The notes under the pieces: model-generated | What the model was told of the DNA's origin: nothing | The model's database searches: none | What the model saw: only the letters and a program-made list of their open reading frames with translations | In this document: positions 1 to 12,168 of the stretch, piece by piece | Position numbering within the stretch: position 1 is the stretch's first letter | How the letters are laid out: every line of letters starts with the position of its first letter | Origin: Scyliorhinus canicula | Taxonomy: Eukaryota | Reading direction: 5' to 3' | DNA length: 64,000 bases | NCBI RefSeq assembly: GCF_902713615.1 | Contig: NC_052158.1 | Location: 159,038,691 to 159,102,690, forward strand | Translations under genes and position numbers: made by a program

Positions 1-29
1 ATATAGCTGCCCCTGTTCTGAGGCGGGGT

Positions 30-1450
30 CTGTAGTAAGAGACACGGTACCATAACCCTTGCAGTCCCCAATCATTTGAAGATGATAACATAAAGTTCAA
101 TTTAAGAAAGAGGAGATTTAGGTGTGCCAAATTACACAAGACAGAATGCTGTTTCAAATAGATTTTATCTGTGCACATTGAAATAACTTACGGAAGGTAT
201 AACAGATAAACGACAATGTTATAGGTATGTTATCTTGCATTACACAAAGGAATGGTGTCAGCCAACTGGTAAATACTTAATGCAAAACCTATATTTTGAA
301 AAGATAGTACAAATTCAAGGAAACATTGATAAATCCACAATTCATTGGTGGTAGGACAGATCATGAAATCCTTGCTGAACAATATAATGTAGAAATGCAG
401 AAACTCAAATTGTCATAAAAACAATTGTTAGAAAGGCTTTCAATAGCGTTAACTATGCTTGACGAGTTTTATTAAATTCTTCAACTGATATGGTGGGAAA
501 TCAGAATGTATTCGTTTAAAATATTTGTAATTTCAATACTTTTTCGACGACTTACTGCAGAATAAACTCATGGTTAAAGTCGGAGTATGTAGAGTCGGGG
601 ATTAGAAGCAGGGTGAATAACATGGTGTCTAGAGAACATAAAAGAAAGTGTAAGAGCAGTTTCTTAGGCTGAGAAAATGCGGAATTGGCATTCAACGGGA
701 TCAGTTTTGGAACTATTTTTGATCGCTACTTACATTCACCATTTGGACTCGGAATTCGGAAGCAAAATTTGCGGATGACATCAAGTACGAGCATATATTA
801 ACAAATTTACAGAATGGACGAGCAATTGTCAAATGCATTTCAACATAGATAATTATGAAATTATGCTTTTTAGTGGAAGTCACATCATGCTTTGATGATA
901 ACAGTCTAAATAGGATAGGAACCTAGGCATACAGATACGCAAGCCAGCCAAAAGTAGCAGCTTAATAAGACCCGAAATGGGGAAACCAATAACTAGGACT
1001 CCATTACATATAATCGACATGCAAAAAAGGAAACTATAATCATATTTGGATCGAATCTTCGTTAGATCAAACTTAGAATACAATGTAGTCTCTGATCTCC
1101 ATGTAATAGAAAGATATTGGGAAAAGTATGAAATAAATTCATCCAGATGAAACGGGAACTGAAAATTTATAACCATCAGGAAATACTGAACAGGCTGGGT
1201 ATCTTGGTTCTTGAACACAGAAGTGCTACCTGCGGTGTGGGGGCGCGGGTGGGGTGCGGTTGCGGTGACCAAGTTGATGGTTTTTAGATCATTCATTGCC
1301 TTGAAAGAGAAGACTAGGAGAAAACGTTTCCATTAATGAAAAGACCAAATTGAGAGTCAACATCTACTATACATCTGCTGGAGTGCTCAGGATAAACTTA
1401 TTTTTTACAAATTGCATTCAGAATGTGGAACGGGAACATTTGAGGGAGTA
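30..1450 (+). mobile_element. Old, highly decayed CR1-type LINE (in intron 2 of gene A)
   Basis: Relics of CR1 ORF2 (GSVL..LF, KFADD-like aaatttgcggatgac, LEY..Q.WSP region) with many stop codons. Confidence 0.6.
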
Positions 1451-1587
1451 TCACACATGCAATTAAGTGGAACATGGAGACACAAGGAGAGTGAAAGAAA
1501 GAAATGGAAAAAAAATCCCCGATGGGATCAGATGAACATATAGTGAACTTCAGTTTCGCCTAACTGTTTCCATGTTGTAGATTCGAT

Positions 1588-1911
1588 AGAAGTCATAGAA
1601 TCATAAAATCCCTACAGTGCAGAAGACCATTCAGCTACACCGACAATCCGAAAGAGCCCCCTAATGAGGCTGAATATCCAACCCGATCCCCTTAACCCTA
1701 CCTAATCTTTCAATATTTAGGGGCAATTTAGCGTGGCCAATCCACCTAATCTGCACATCCATGGACTGTGGAAGAAATTGGAGCACGCGGAGGAAACCCA
1801 CGTAGACACCGGGAGAACGTGCAAACTCCACGCAGTCACCCGAGGCCAGAATTGAATCCGGTCGCTGGCGCTGTGAGACGGCAGTACTAACCACAGTGCC
1901 ATCGTGCCACC
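1588..1911 (-). mobile_element. tRNA-derived V-SINE (HE1-like)
   Basis: tRNA-like head, V-domain GTGGGTTTCCTCC..TGCTCC..TTTC.TCCACAGTCC, CR1-type tail. Confidence 0.85.
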
Positions 1912-2345
1912 CTTTACTCGAGAAGCACCCATTCTACTTCAATATCCACTAACTATGAAAAATTCCATATGGTACAATTGAATTTGGTCGCCATGCTTAT
2001 TGATGTGGCAAATACTTTGGTAAATAATAAATTGTTTGAATTTTCCTGCGCAATCGCATCCGGCGTGTGAAATTCAACTGAAGTCGGAGGCGGAGGTACT
2101 AGCTTCCGCTGTGATGTTATGCCCGATCTTCTGTTTCATTGACTGCAGTGAATAAATCGATGGGGTGGGCAGTTAAATGTGCGTCCAATTTGCTAGAACA
2201 GTTTTGTGCTGCTGCCCAGAAAGAATTACACACCAACCAAACCCAAAAAAGCTTTAGCAGTGAGAAGCAAGAATGCTGTTGAGATTTAATGTATACACCC
2301 AGCAGAATAATTCTTACTGCTTCAGAAAATGAGTTATTATCTTAC

Positions 2346-2637
2346 CATGCCAACGCTGAAAGGGGCCAGCATCCTTGAAACTACGACAGATTGTGATGAT
2401 CCTCCATCTCCAATAATGACGGGTACGGATGGAAACCCAGCGCATGCGTAATTGGAAACGGGTTGGTCCTCCTCGTTAAGTAATTTGAGGGCTCCTTTAA
2501 GTCCCTCAGAGGGTGTTCCACAACTGTCAAGGATCTTGTAACCTAGGGTTATGTTCGGAAGCAACTCGGCATTCCTGTTTATTTCTTCTATGGAGAAGAC
2601 CATCGTTTGGGCTAAGCGCAGCCCTCTTTGGCTGAAA
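2346..2637 (-). CDS. V2R/OlfC-like gene A, exon 2; exons 3-6 lie beyond the left edge
   Basis: CAG acceptor 2640-2638, GTAAGA donor at 2345; 292 nt; FSQRGLRLAQTMVFSIEEINRN.ELLPNITLGYKILDSC..IIGDGGSSQS. Confidence 0.94.
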
Positions 2638-2659
2638 CTGGCACATGTGCAAAGGATTA

Positions 2660-2833
2660 ATGAAATGAAATGAAAATCGCTTATTGTCACAAGTAGGTTT
2701 CAAATAAAGTTACTGTGAAAAGCCCCTAGTCGCCACATTCCGGCGCCTGTTCGTGGAGGCTGGTACGGGAATTGAACCGTGCTGCTGGCCTGCCTTGGTT
2801 TGCTTTCAAAGCCAGCGATTTAGCCCTGTGTTA
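2660..2833 (-). mobile_element. Short tRNA-SINE with (TTTCA)n tail
   Basis: B box GGTTCAATTCCC; near-identical copies at 25178-25316 and 53972-54151, partial copy at 23884-23990. Confidence 0.8.
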
Positions 2834-3559
2834 ACGAACGTTACTGGTTATGAACTTTTCAACTACCCTCGCAAAGCGCCTGACAATTTTCCAGGTCTGT
2901 GCTGCTTCATCAGTGGTTTCTTTGACAGATAACTGGCCTAGATGCGCAAAATTATAATATTCACATCATGATGCTAACTCGATAACTGAAACTGTCCAGG
3001 ACAATTACACAAATATGAAGGAAAAAGGATTACAGATAAAATTTGGTTCCTCAAGTCTGGCCCACTCTGACACCTTACGTTAAAGTCGCTGTGGTCAGCC
3101 ACCATCTCTCCCTCCAGAGATCGATCACTACAACAAAGTATCCACCAACGGATAATATAATATATTATTTGCAGATCTTGTCGTCCATGGACCTTTCAGT
3201 TAATTATTCCATTTAAACTTGCAGTGTGTGCTTTTTTGTACAATTGTAACGAATGATGACTTTACAACCCAGCTGCCTAAGGCTGTCCTGGCGATTTAGT
3301 GCCCCATTGCTATATTTAATCTCTGTATTCCTTCATAGCTTTCTGTTTCAAGAACATATCAAGAAGAGTTTTGCTTTTCATGAACCTGGTCCATGTCACT
3401 CAGTAACCATGAAGAGAGCTCAATATCGTTCACCAAACGAATCAAAGTATATTGACACAGTCCCTTGATGGTTATATAACTTCAGCAAACATGTTCAAGC
3501 GGGGCATAAATTAGAAAATTGTTGTCAATAATTTCATTATTAATTCATTTGTGGAGAGG

Positions 3560-3900
3560 GTCAAATTCGCCCTGAGGGGGTCGGTACAAGGGTTCTTTAG
3601 GAGGTGGCAGCCTTTCCTTGACTTTCTGGCTCAACGATAAGGAACTAGGTAAGCAGCAGCAGCAGCCTGGGGAGAGAGGGGAAAGGGGGGGGGTCTCAGG
3701 AGGGTATTGTTTAAGTTAATTTGCTTATTGTTAATTTATTTTGATGTTTATTGGGTTTGGGGGGGGGGGGGTTGGTACATGCGTTGTTACGGGTGCCGGT
3801 GGGTGTTTATTATTGCTATTATTATTATTGTTCTGTTGCTATATATTTTTCAAAAATTCCAATAAAAATTATTTTTATTTTTTTTAATTTTAAAAAAGGA
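3560..3900 (+). mobile_element. 3' end of an L1/Tx1-type LINE
   Basis: Resembles the ends at 9000-9260 and 51250-51600; G/T-rich UTR, CAATAAAA then an A/T tract. Confidence 0.55.
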
Positions 3901-4145
3901 TAACTCTCCCAAAAAAGGTGAATCCTCATTCACTGTGCTGGCGACTACTGGGTGAAACTAGAATGTATTTGATCAGTGTTAAACAGGCCTTGCAGCCGTT
4001 TAACGTCTCTGTCACTGGAATTACATCTGAACAATAAGGCAGCGAGATATATAACTGCCTGCACACTAACTCAAGAGGTCCATCGCACTCTCCAGACCTC
4101 GGGTGCGATTTTCTATTTTATCGAGCTTTAAGCAGTCTGCTGATT

Positions 4146-4560
4146 TTTACATAGTTTTACATAGAATCTACAGTGCAGAAGGAGGCCATTCGGCCCATCG
4201 AGTCTGCACCGGCTCTTAGAACATAGAACATAGAACAGTACAGCACAGAACAGGCCCTTCGGCCCTCGATGTTGTGCCGAGCCATGATCACCGTACTCAA
4301 ACCCACGTATCCACCCTATAACCAACAACGCTCCCCCTTAACATTACTTTTTTAGGACACTACGGGCAATTTAGCATGGCCAATCCACCTAACCAGCACA
4401 TCTTTGGACTGTGGGAGGAAACCGGAGCACCCGGAGGAGACCCACGCACACAAGGGGAGGACGTGCAGACTCTGCACAGACAGTGACCCAGCCGGGAATC
4501 GAACCTGGGACCCTGGAGCTGTGAAGCATTTATGCTATCCACAATGCTACCGTGCTGCCC
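4146..4560 (-). mobile_element. V-SINE plus an adjacent 3' fragment of a second V-SINE subfamily
   Basis: Full head GGGCAGCACGGTAGCA at 4560; two different CR1-type tails (4146-4218 and 4219-4290). Confidence 0.85.
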
Positions 4561-4839
4561 TAATTTGATAGCGCCGGTTGCTCTCCCGCTCGATTTTACA
4601 TTCTGAACATTTCATATTTGAAACATTGGTGAGAATATCTCGATGGACGCTGGATAAGTTCTGGTAGCGCACATCGAACAAGAAATCCCTAGCCTTTACA
4701 GCCTGGTTCACTCAAACATTTCTTTACGTGTTGAAGTACTCAAATTACATTGGTACGCATTTCACACAGTTGACTGCCATTTAATCATAACCCGCACTGT
4801 TTACAGACCAGAGACTGAAAATCTATAACTATCACTCAC

Positions 4840-5084
4840 TGCAGGCAGCGTACTGGCGACGGTTGGCTTCGAAACGAGTTATAATTCGGAGCTGTTCTTA
4901 GGTGTAAGGAGAATAAACCGCCCAGAACAATGTCTCCATCTTTATATGCTCCGGGGCTGAACTTCTCCCGAAGTTTACACAAATGGTCGACTGTAGAAAG
5001 CAAAGTTTCGATTGAAGTCAGTAAGAAAAGAACCCAAAACGGATGGAGGTACATCATGATCATGGAAATGCGCTCCGCATTCAT
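4840..5084 (-). CDS. V2R/OlfC-like receptor gene A, exon 1 (signal peptide and start of Venus flytrap domain); start could be any ATG from 5084 to 5054
   Basis: Hydrophobic signal peptide then C..GDIVLGGLFSLH..P.RC; phase-2 GTGAGT donor at 4839; ATG at 5054 gives 215 nt, the same as exon 1 of B and C. Confidence 0.92.
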
Positions 5085-5877
5085 GAATGATCGATGGTTT
5101 TCAGTGAAAGGCTTTATATTCTCAACGAGGAAAGTAGGTGGTGCCAGAATAATTAACGTAACCTATCCCCCTCTGAATACTACAAGAGATTGAAGTTTCC
5201 TTCTTAACTATATTCTTTAATCACTCACGTCACCAGTGTGGCACTCAGGGAACAACTTTTCCACAGCTCGAGGCGATCTCTTATGATATAGACATCATTA
5301 ATTTTCATTCGTGAAACTGTATATTTATAGGGTCCATGGCAATGTGTAATTCTATCAACCGTGAATTCTTCATCTGTATGTAACAGAGAAACAGCATTTC
5401 CAATTTATTCTCAATGATGGTCTCTTGTGATTGGAAACATAAACATCGCCAGCGGCATATTATCCAATCTGGCATTCAAATGTATTTAAGTGACATTGAC
5501 CTTTAATGGTCACTGCGCCACCTGTTCCTGTTTCACTGTGAAATTATGGATAACCTTAGATTTTAAGCGCGAAATAACTTTTTTTCATTATTAGGCGGGA
5601 TTTTTATTTCCTAACTTGTTGTGTTTGTTTACCCCTGTCCCCTCCCCGTTCCAACAATGGATTCGAAGAGTTCTTGGAAGTCTTCGTCACTAAAATTGAG
5701 AACATCTATTCAGTTGCTTCTGCAGCTCAGCTCCCTCACCCAAGCTCAGCAAAATCCTTCCCCTAAAACGTCCCTCAGCGGTCGTCCTAAATACTTTGGA
5801 TACACAGTAAAAAAAAACTGGGAAATCCTCATCACACTCGAGAATAAACATGTGGCAGTTTTAGCTGGGAGCGCACG

Positions 5878-6188
5878 AGAACATAGAATCCCTACAGTGC
5901 AGAAGGAGGCCATTCGGCCCATCGAGTCTGCACCGATCCTCTAAATCCGCACCCTTCCTATCCCACTCCACCCCAGTAACACAGTAACCCCGCCTAACCT
6001 TTTGAACTCTAAGGGGCAAGTTAGCATGACCAATCCATCAATTTGGACTGTAGGAGGAAACTGGAGCACCTGAAGGAAACCCATGCACATAGAACGCAAA
6101 TATGTGCAAACTTCGCATAGGCAGCCACACAAGATTGGAATTAAACCCGGGGACCTGACGCTATGATGCAGTTGCTACCGTGCGGCCC
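5878..6188 (-). mobile_element. V-SINE, degenerate
   Basis: V-domain and the GACTCGATGGGCCGAATGGCCTCC tail. Confidence 0.8.
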
Positions 6189-6396
6189 AGATGTCACGAA
6201 CAAAGCCACACAGGTTATAATTTGAACCAGAGAGAGATTGATTCTTGCTGTTTGCATCAAAAACAATTTTATCATAAAACCAGGAAATGCTGATGAATCT
6301 TCACCAACATGTCCTTCATCACATTACTGGCGGTAAGGTCGTTTAAAATGCCTCAATCTGCCTTTCCTCAACCTCCTTCAATCTCCTTCATTTTGA

Positions 6397-6891
6397 TGTG
6401 GAGATGCTGGCGTTGGATTGGAGTGAGCACAGTAAGAAGTCTTACAACACCAGGTTAAAGTCCAACAGCAGTGGGCAGCACGGTAGCATTGTGGATAGCA
6501 CAATCGCTTCACAACTCCAGGGTCCCAGGTTCGATTCCGGCTTAAGTCACTGTCTGTGCGGAGTCTGCACATCATCCCTGTGTGTGCGTGGGTTTCCTCC
6601 GGGTGCTCTGGTTTTCTCCCACAGTCCAAAGATTTGCAAGTTAGGTGGATTGGACATGATAAAGTGCCCTTAGTGTCCAAAATTTCCATTAGTGTTGGAT
6701 GAGGTTACTGGCTTATGGGGATAGGGTGCAGGTGTTAACCTTGGGTAGGGTGCTCTTTCCAGGAGCTGGTGCAGACTCGATGGGCCGAATAGCCTCCTTC
6801 TGCACTGTAAATTCTATGATCTATGGGGTTTGTTTCAAACACGAGATTTCGGAGCAGTGACTTTAACCTGGTGTTGTAAGACTTCATACTG
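6397..6891. mobile_element. Penelope-derived fold-back mini-insertion interrupted by a V-SINE
   Basis: 13-bp TSD TCCTTCATTTTGA (6384-6396 and 6892-6904); arms match the pLTR at 36720-36805 in opposite orientations. Confidence 0.85.
6473..6825 (+). mobile_element. Full-length V-SINE
   Basis: Nearly identical to 43678-44030; A and B boxes, V-domain, CR1 tail. Confidence 0.9.
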
Positions 6892-6904
6892 TCCTTCATT
6901 TTGA

Positions 6905-9260
6905 AGCGGGATATGGATCCAGCGCAGTTTAGGTACATAGGCCGATCTCACATTTAAATGTGGAAACCAAGTTATTGGCCAAGATCTTGGCCTCGATAAT
7001 CGAGGACCATGTGCCAGGGGTGATAGGAGGCGAACCAGACGGGGTTCAATAAGTGGAAGCATCTAGCGGCGAATATCAGTAAGTTGCTGAACATGATCAT
7101 GATGCCCCCGAGGGACGAGAGGTGGAGGTTGTGGTCGCCATGGACGCGGAGAAGGCCCTCGATCGGGTGGAGTGGGACTATTTGTGGGTGGTTTAGGTTT
7201 GGGGAGTGTTTTGTGGATTGGGTGTGGACGAACCAGGTGAGCTAGGATTATTTTAGCCTGCTCTGGGGGACGAGGAAAGGATGTGCACTCTCCCCACTGC
7301 TCTTTGTATTGTCTATAGTGCCATTGGTGATTCGCTGAGAGCGTTGAGGGATTGGCACAGGATAATACGAGAGGGGGGTGGTGTTGAACACGGGGTCTCG
7401 CTTTACAGGGACGATTTTCTACTGCATATTTCGGACCCGTTGGGTGGTACTGCTGTGTGGGGGGGGGGTGTATTATGGGGATCTTAGAGTAATTCGGCCG
7501 GTTCTCGGGGTATGAATTGAACACGAGGAAGAGTGATGTATCGCCAATCCAGGCGAGGGGGTAGGAGAAGTGATTGGGGAAGATGCCGTTCAAGTTGGGC
7601 AGGGAGGGAATTTTTCATATTTGGGAATTCAGGTCACACGGCGATGGGAGCACTTGCATTAGTAAAATCTGGCTCGGTTGGTGTAGCAGATGAAGGAGGA
7701 CTTTAGCAGGTAGATGCGCTCCCGTTGTCACTGGCGAGGAGGTTTCAAACGGTAAAGATGACGGTCCTCACATTGTTCTTGCTTGTATTTTAGAGCCTCC
7801 CAATCTTTATTCCAAAGGCGTTTTTCAGGGAAGTGAATGCACTGATCTCAAGGTTTGTGTGGGCGGGTAATGCCCCGCGATGGAAGAAGGTGCTGCTGGA
7901 GCAGGGCTGGGGAGGGGGGGGGGGGTTGACTCAAACTTTATAAATTACTTCTGGGCGGCGAATGTAGCGGTAGTCAGGAAATGGGTGGTGCGGGAAGGGT
8001 CGGTTTGGGTGCAAATAGAGGCGGCTTCATGTAAGGACACGCGTTTGAGGGCACTGTGAACGGTGCCTCTGGCGTTCTCGCCGGCCATGTATTCCACAAG
8101 CCCGGGAGTGGTGGGCCCGGTAGCGCGGGGCGGCCCTGAGAGTGTGAGGAGGGTGGCGTCAGCACATGGGGCTGGAGTGGGCGTCGGTGTAGGTACCTAT
8201 ATGAGCTTGCTTCGGTGGGAAGGTGGTTTTGGGGAAGGCAACGGGCGAGTTCGAGCGGTTTGGGGATCCGTTTAGAGACGGGGGCTTTCTGTGTTTGAAG
8301 GAGTTGGAGGAGGAGTTTGAGCTGTCCGGTTGGAATGTGTTACTTGCAGGTGAGGAACTTTGTGTGGAGGCAGGTATCTCCTTTCCCCACCTGCCGCACC
8401 AGGGGTTCCAGGATAAGGTAGTGTCGGAAACGAGAGTGGGGGAGGGGAAGGGACCCGAAATATATGAGGAGCTGATGGAGTGGGAGGGAGCCCCTAAGGG
8501 AGATTAAGAAGAAGTGGGAAGAAGAGGTGTGTTTGGAGGTGGAGCCTGGGTTGTGGGAGGACGCCCTGAGGGGAGTCAATGCATGCTCGTCGTGTGGTAG
8601 ACTTATACAATTGAAGGTGGTTCACAGCGCACAGGGCCCGGATGAGCAGGTATTTTGGAGAGGTAGTGGATAGGTGTGGCCGGTGTGCGGGTGGCCCACG
8701 AGTCATCTCCACATGTTTTGGGCATGTTCAAAGCTTGGGCGATTCTGGCAAGGATTTGCTGACGTCATGTCGGAGGTACGAAAGGAACGTGTGGTTCCGA
8801 GTCCAGAGGGGGCGGTTTTTGGTTTGTCAGAAGACCCAGGAGTCCAGGGGGCGGGAGAGGCAGATACCTGGGCCTTTGCGTCCCTGGTAGCCCAGAGACA
8901 GACCTTGCTTGCATGGAGGGACATGGAACCCCCGAGATCGGGGGTGTGGGTTAGCGACATGACTTCTCAGGCTTCAGAAGACAAGTTCGACCTGAGGGGT
9001 TCGATGCTGAAGTTTGCCCGGATGTGGCAGCCGTTTATCGACTTCTTTGGGAAAAAGTATGCCGTCAGCAGTGGTGAGGGGAGGGGTTGATAATGCGGAG
9101 GCAGGGGGAGTTGCGCAAGGTGGTGAGAAGTTGGTGCGGAATTGTAGTTGGAGTGTTGTTTTTGTAAGTCATGTTGGCTGGGTTTTGTTTTTCTCGGTGT
9201 GTGGTTGCTTATTCTGTTAAAATGTAAAATATAACTGCCTCAATAAAATATTTTTTTTAA
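6905..9260 (+). mobile_element. 5'-truncated, decayed L1/Tx1-type LINE ORF2 and 3' end
   Basis: MDAEKALDRVEW, SLYRDDFLL (YADD motif), C..C..HMFWACSKL..FW zinc-knuckle region, CAATAAAA tail. Confidence 0.85.
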
Positions 9261-9489
9261 AGAAAGAGCTAGTAGAGTTTTACTTAGTATATAAAAATGC
9301 GCAGAACAAAATTAACTCCAATGTTAGTGTGACTGGTCATACATGATCATGATGGTTGCTGTCCAATGAATAGAATGGAGTACAGAAAGAACAGTACTAA
9401 TGAGAACAACCGAAAATTTAATTCCAAATTACTGGTTATTGCATTAAATATGAGAAAGCAGCTATCAGCCCCCCCCCCCCCCCAACCCC

Positions 9490-10190
9490 CCACTCCCATC
9501 CCCGAGAGTGCTCCTTTTCATTAAAGGCCAACATTCAATTTGCCTTCCTAATAATTTTTCGCATTTGCTTGCTAACGTTTTGTAATTCCTGAACGGAGAC
9601 CAAGGTCCATCAGAAACATAGCATTCTGCATGCTCTCCATATAAATACAATTCTAATTTTCTTTTCTTCTCACCAATGTGGGCCAGGGCGCAATTTTCCA
9701 TATTATTCTCCAACTGCCAAATAGCTGCCCAGTCACTTCATCCGTAGATATTCCTTTGCAGACTCTGTGCACCTTCCTAACGTTTTGCTTTTCAGACCTT
9801 AGTATCAGAAAATGTGCTTACAGTGCACTCGGTCGCTGGGTCCAAGTTATGAATATAGTTTTAAATGTTACAATAATATAATAATTGGCCATCGGAAGGA
9901 AACGTTCATCACTTGACACTCCTCGGTCTTTAACCCGTAACCTGCGTTTATTTTCCTTTTCAGGTAGGATTAATTCTCTTTTCAAAGCTTCAGTTGACCC
10001 TGCCTCCACAACCTCCCAGTCAATCTTATAGAGATCTTAAGAACTCGCTGTGTGAAATTATTTTGCCTCAGATCACCAATATTTCTTGTGCCAATTGCCT
10101 TAAAGTTGTGCCTCTTGTTCTCAATCCTTCTACTAATGGGAACACTTTCCCCATATCAGTTTTGCGCGCATCCTGTCTCATTTAGAATTT
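9490..10190 (-). mobile_element. Old CR1-type LINE 3' fragment
   Basis: Decayed CR1 C-terminal and 3' UTR sequence. Confidence 0.5.
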
Positions 10191-10859
10191 GTCTATCAGA
10201 TATCCATTCAAAACCTTTTTCTCCAAGGGGAAAGGTCCCAAGCTGCGCCAATGATTCTACATAACTGGATAAGTTGGGTGAAAAATGAAACACTGTTTGT
10301 TGCAGCACTGCATGAATGCAAGTTTGCCAATCACGAAATGGTCCATTTATCCAAGATCAGTTTATCGGATTTGTGGAATATTCGTGATCAAGATCTCATC
10401 AGAAACCTTGCTTCTCCTCTTATTCAACAGCCCTGGTGCAAACCTATGGTTGTCATGGATCGACGCCCACACCAAGACACCATCCAGTCCCACGTTTTAC
10501 CTCCACTGCCCCTACGCCCTTTGGGCCAACACCACCACTGGGCTCACGGAGTACCTGGCCAGCAAGAATGGAAGGGGCGCTGCCAACAAAGCCCTCAAAC
10601 CTGTTCCCCATCACGATGCTGCCTCCATCCGAGCCCACGCTGACCTCACCCCAACAACCTATTTCCAAGCCATAGCAATATTCGCCATCCAGTAGTAGTT
10701 CAGTATGTTCAGCACTATCAGCACCCTGCCAAAACTCCAGCAAGACCCTCTTAACCCATGGGGACTTTCCCACCCACGCAAACCCAGAGATCAACGCATT
10801 AACTGTCTTTAAAAAGATTTAAAGATGAAAATTGGGACGATCTGAAACATAAACATGAA

Positions 10860-11814
10860 CTGGAATATTCCCCCCCTCCCCCCCCCCCCCCCCCCCTCCA
10901 CGCCGGGTTCGGAGAATCGCTCGGGCACCGGCGTGGCAAGATTCACGGCTGGCCGCTGGGAGAATCACCGCTCGCGGTTTTTAATGGGCAAGCAGCGATT
11001 CCCCGGCCCGGGTGGGCTGAGCAGCCTGCACAACATGACAGGTTCCCGCTGGCACTGTCCACACCCTGTCGCTGCCAGCGGGAACAGCGCGAGAATGCTG
11101 GGGAGGCGGCTTGTGGGGGGGGGGGGACATCAAAAGAGGTCTGGCCCACAATCGATGCCCACCGATCGGCAGGCCAGCCTCTCTGAAGGAGGACTTAATT
11201 TCCTCCGCCGCCCTGCAAGATTCACCCGACATCTTCTTGAGGGGCAGCCACGGGGAGGACGGCAACCGTGCATGTGGGGGTGATATCATTTGCACGGCAC
11301 CGGTCGCATAATTTACGTGGCGCCAAGGACCGGCGTGCATAAATGATGCGGCGCCACTCCTAGTCCCCCGGGGGTGGGAGAATAGGGGGCTGGGAGCAGC
11401 CTCCGGCGCCGGAGTGAAACACTCCGGTTTTCACTCCGGCGTATGGCCTTCACGCCCGTTTCAACACGGCAACAAGCACACCTGCTCACTGCCGTCGTGA
11501 AACGGGCGCCCAGATGCCCGTTTAGGGCATCTGGGGGCCCGATACTGCCGTGCCAAGGGGGGCTTAGGCCCGCGATCAGTGGGTACCAATCGTGGGCCGT
11601 GCGTCCGTAAAGACACACTATTTTCCCTCCGGCGCCCCGCAAGATCAAGCCGCCATGTCTTGCGGGGTAGCTGAGGGAAAAGACACCAACTGCACATGCG
11701 CTGGTTGGCATTGCCCATCCTGCACATGCGCGGCTGACGTCATCGACCGCGTCAGCCGGCTTGATGCTTGGCGTGCAGCCTTGACGACCGCCCTGGGGGG
11801 GTGAGAATCGGCCC
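10860..11814. mobile_element. GC-rich non-autonomous DNA transposon, probably Harbinger-related
   Basis: Repeated GGAGAATC motifs and an end GAGAATCGGCCC resembling the Harbinger termini at 37450-37555; CpG-rich; no coherent ORF. Confidence 0.55.
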
Positions 11815-12168
11815 GGACGTGGGCATGAAGGCTGCCGTGGGTCACGGCCTGCCCACGGCAGCCTTTACAATTCTTTCGCATATCTTACTTGTGTCCCAAA
11901 AACCAGCCAAATTCCTCTAAAACACCCATGATGTGCCCGATACTGCCCATCAGGTCTGAGGTGTGATAACAACAGGTCGTCTGCATACAGTGATACTTTC
12001 TGCCCAGCAGCCCCCATACTGTCCTTCTCAATTCCTCTCCAGTCCCTCGAGGCCATAAACACCATTGCCAGTGGATCAATATCCAGGGCAAAAGCCACAA
12101 ACTCATTTGGTTCACTTGTGACTGGTGCCCTGTACAGCAACCGGACACAGACACAAACAGGCACGATA

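Noticed and set aside
1990-2230. CpG-containing patches (also 3940-4120, 23630-23790, 24860-24960) as conserved regulatory elements
   Set aside because: They look like old DNA-transposon remnants; neither reading can be supported from the sequence alone
1-2345. Gene A as a truncated pseudogene
   Set aside because: Exons 1-2 are intact; the missing exons most likely lie outside the window
10855-11881. CpG island or gene suggested by many overlapping GC-rich ORFs
   Set aside because: Inserted within an L1, carries transposon-type GGAGAATC motifs, and the ORFs have no recognisable domain
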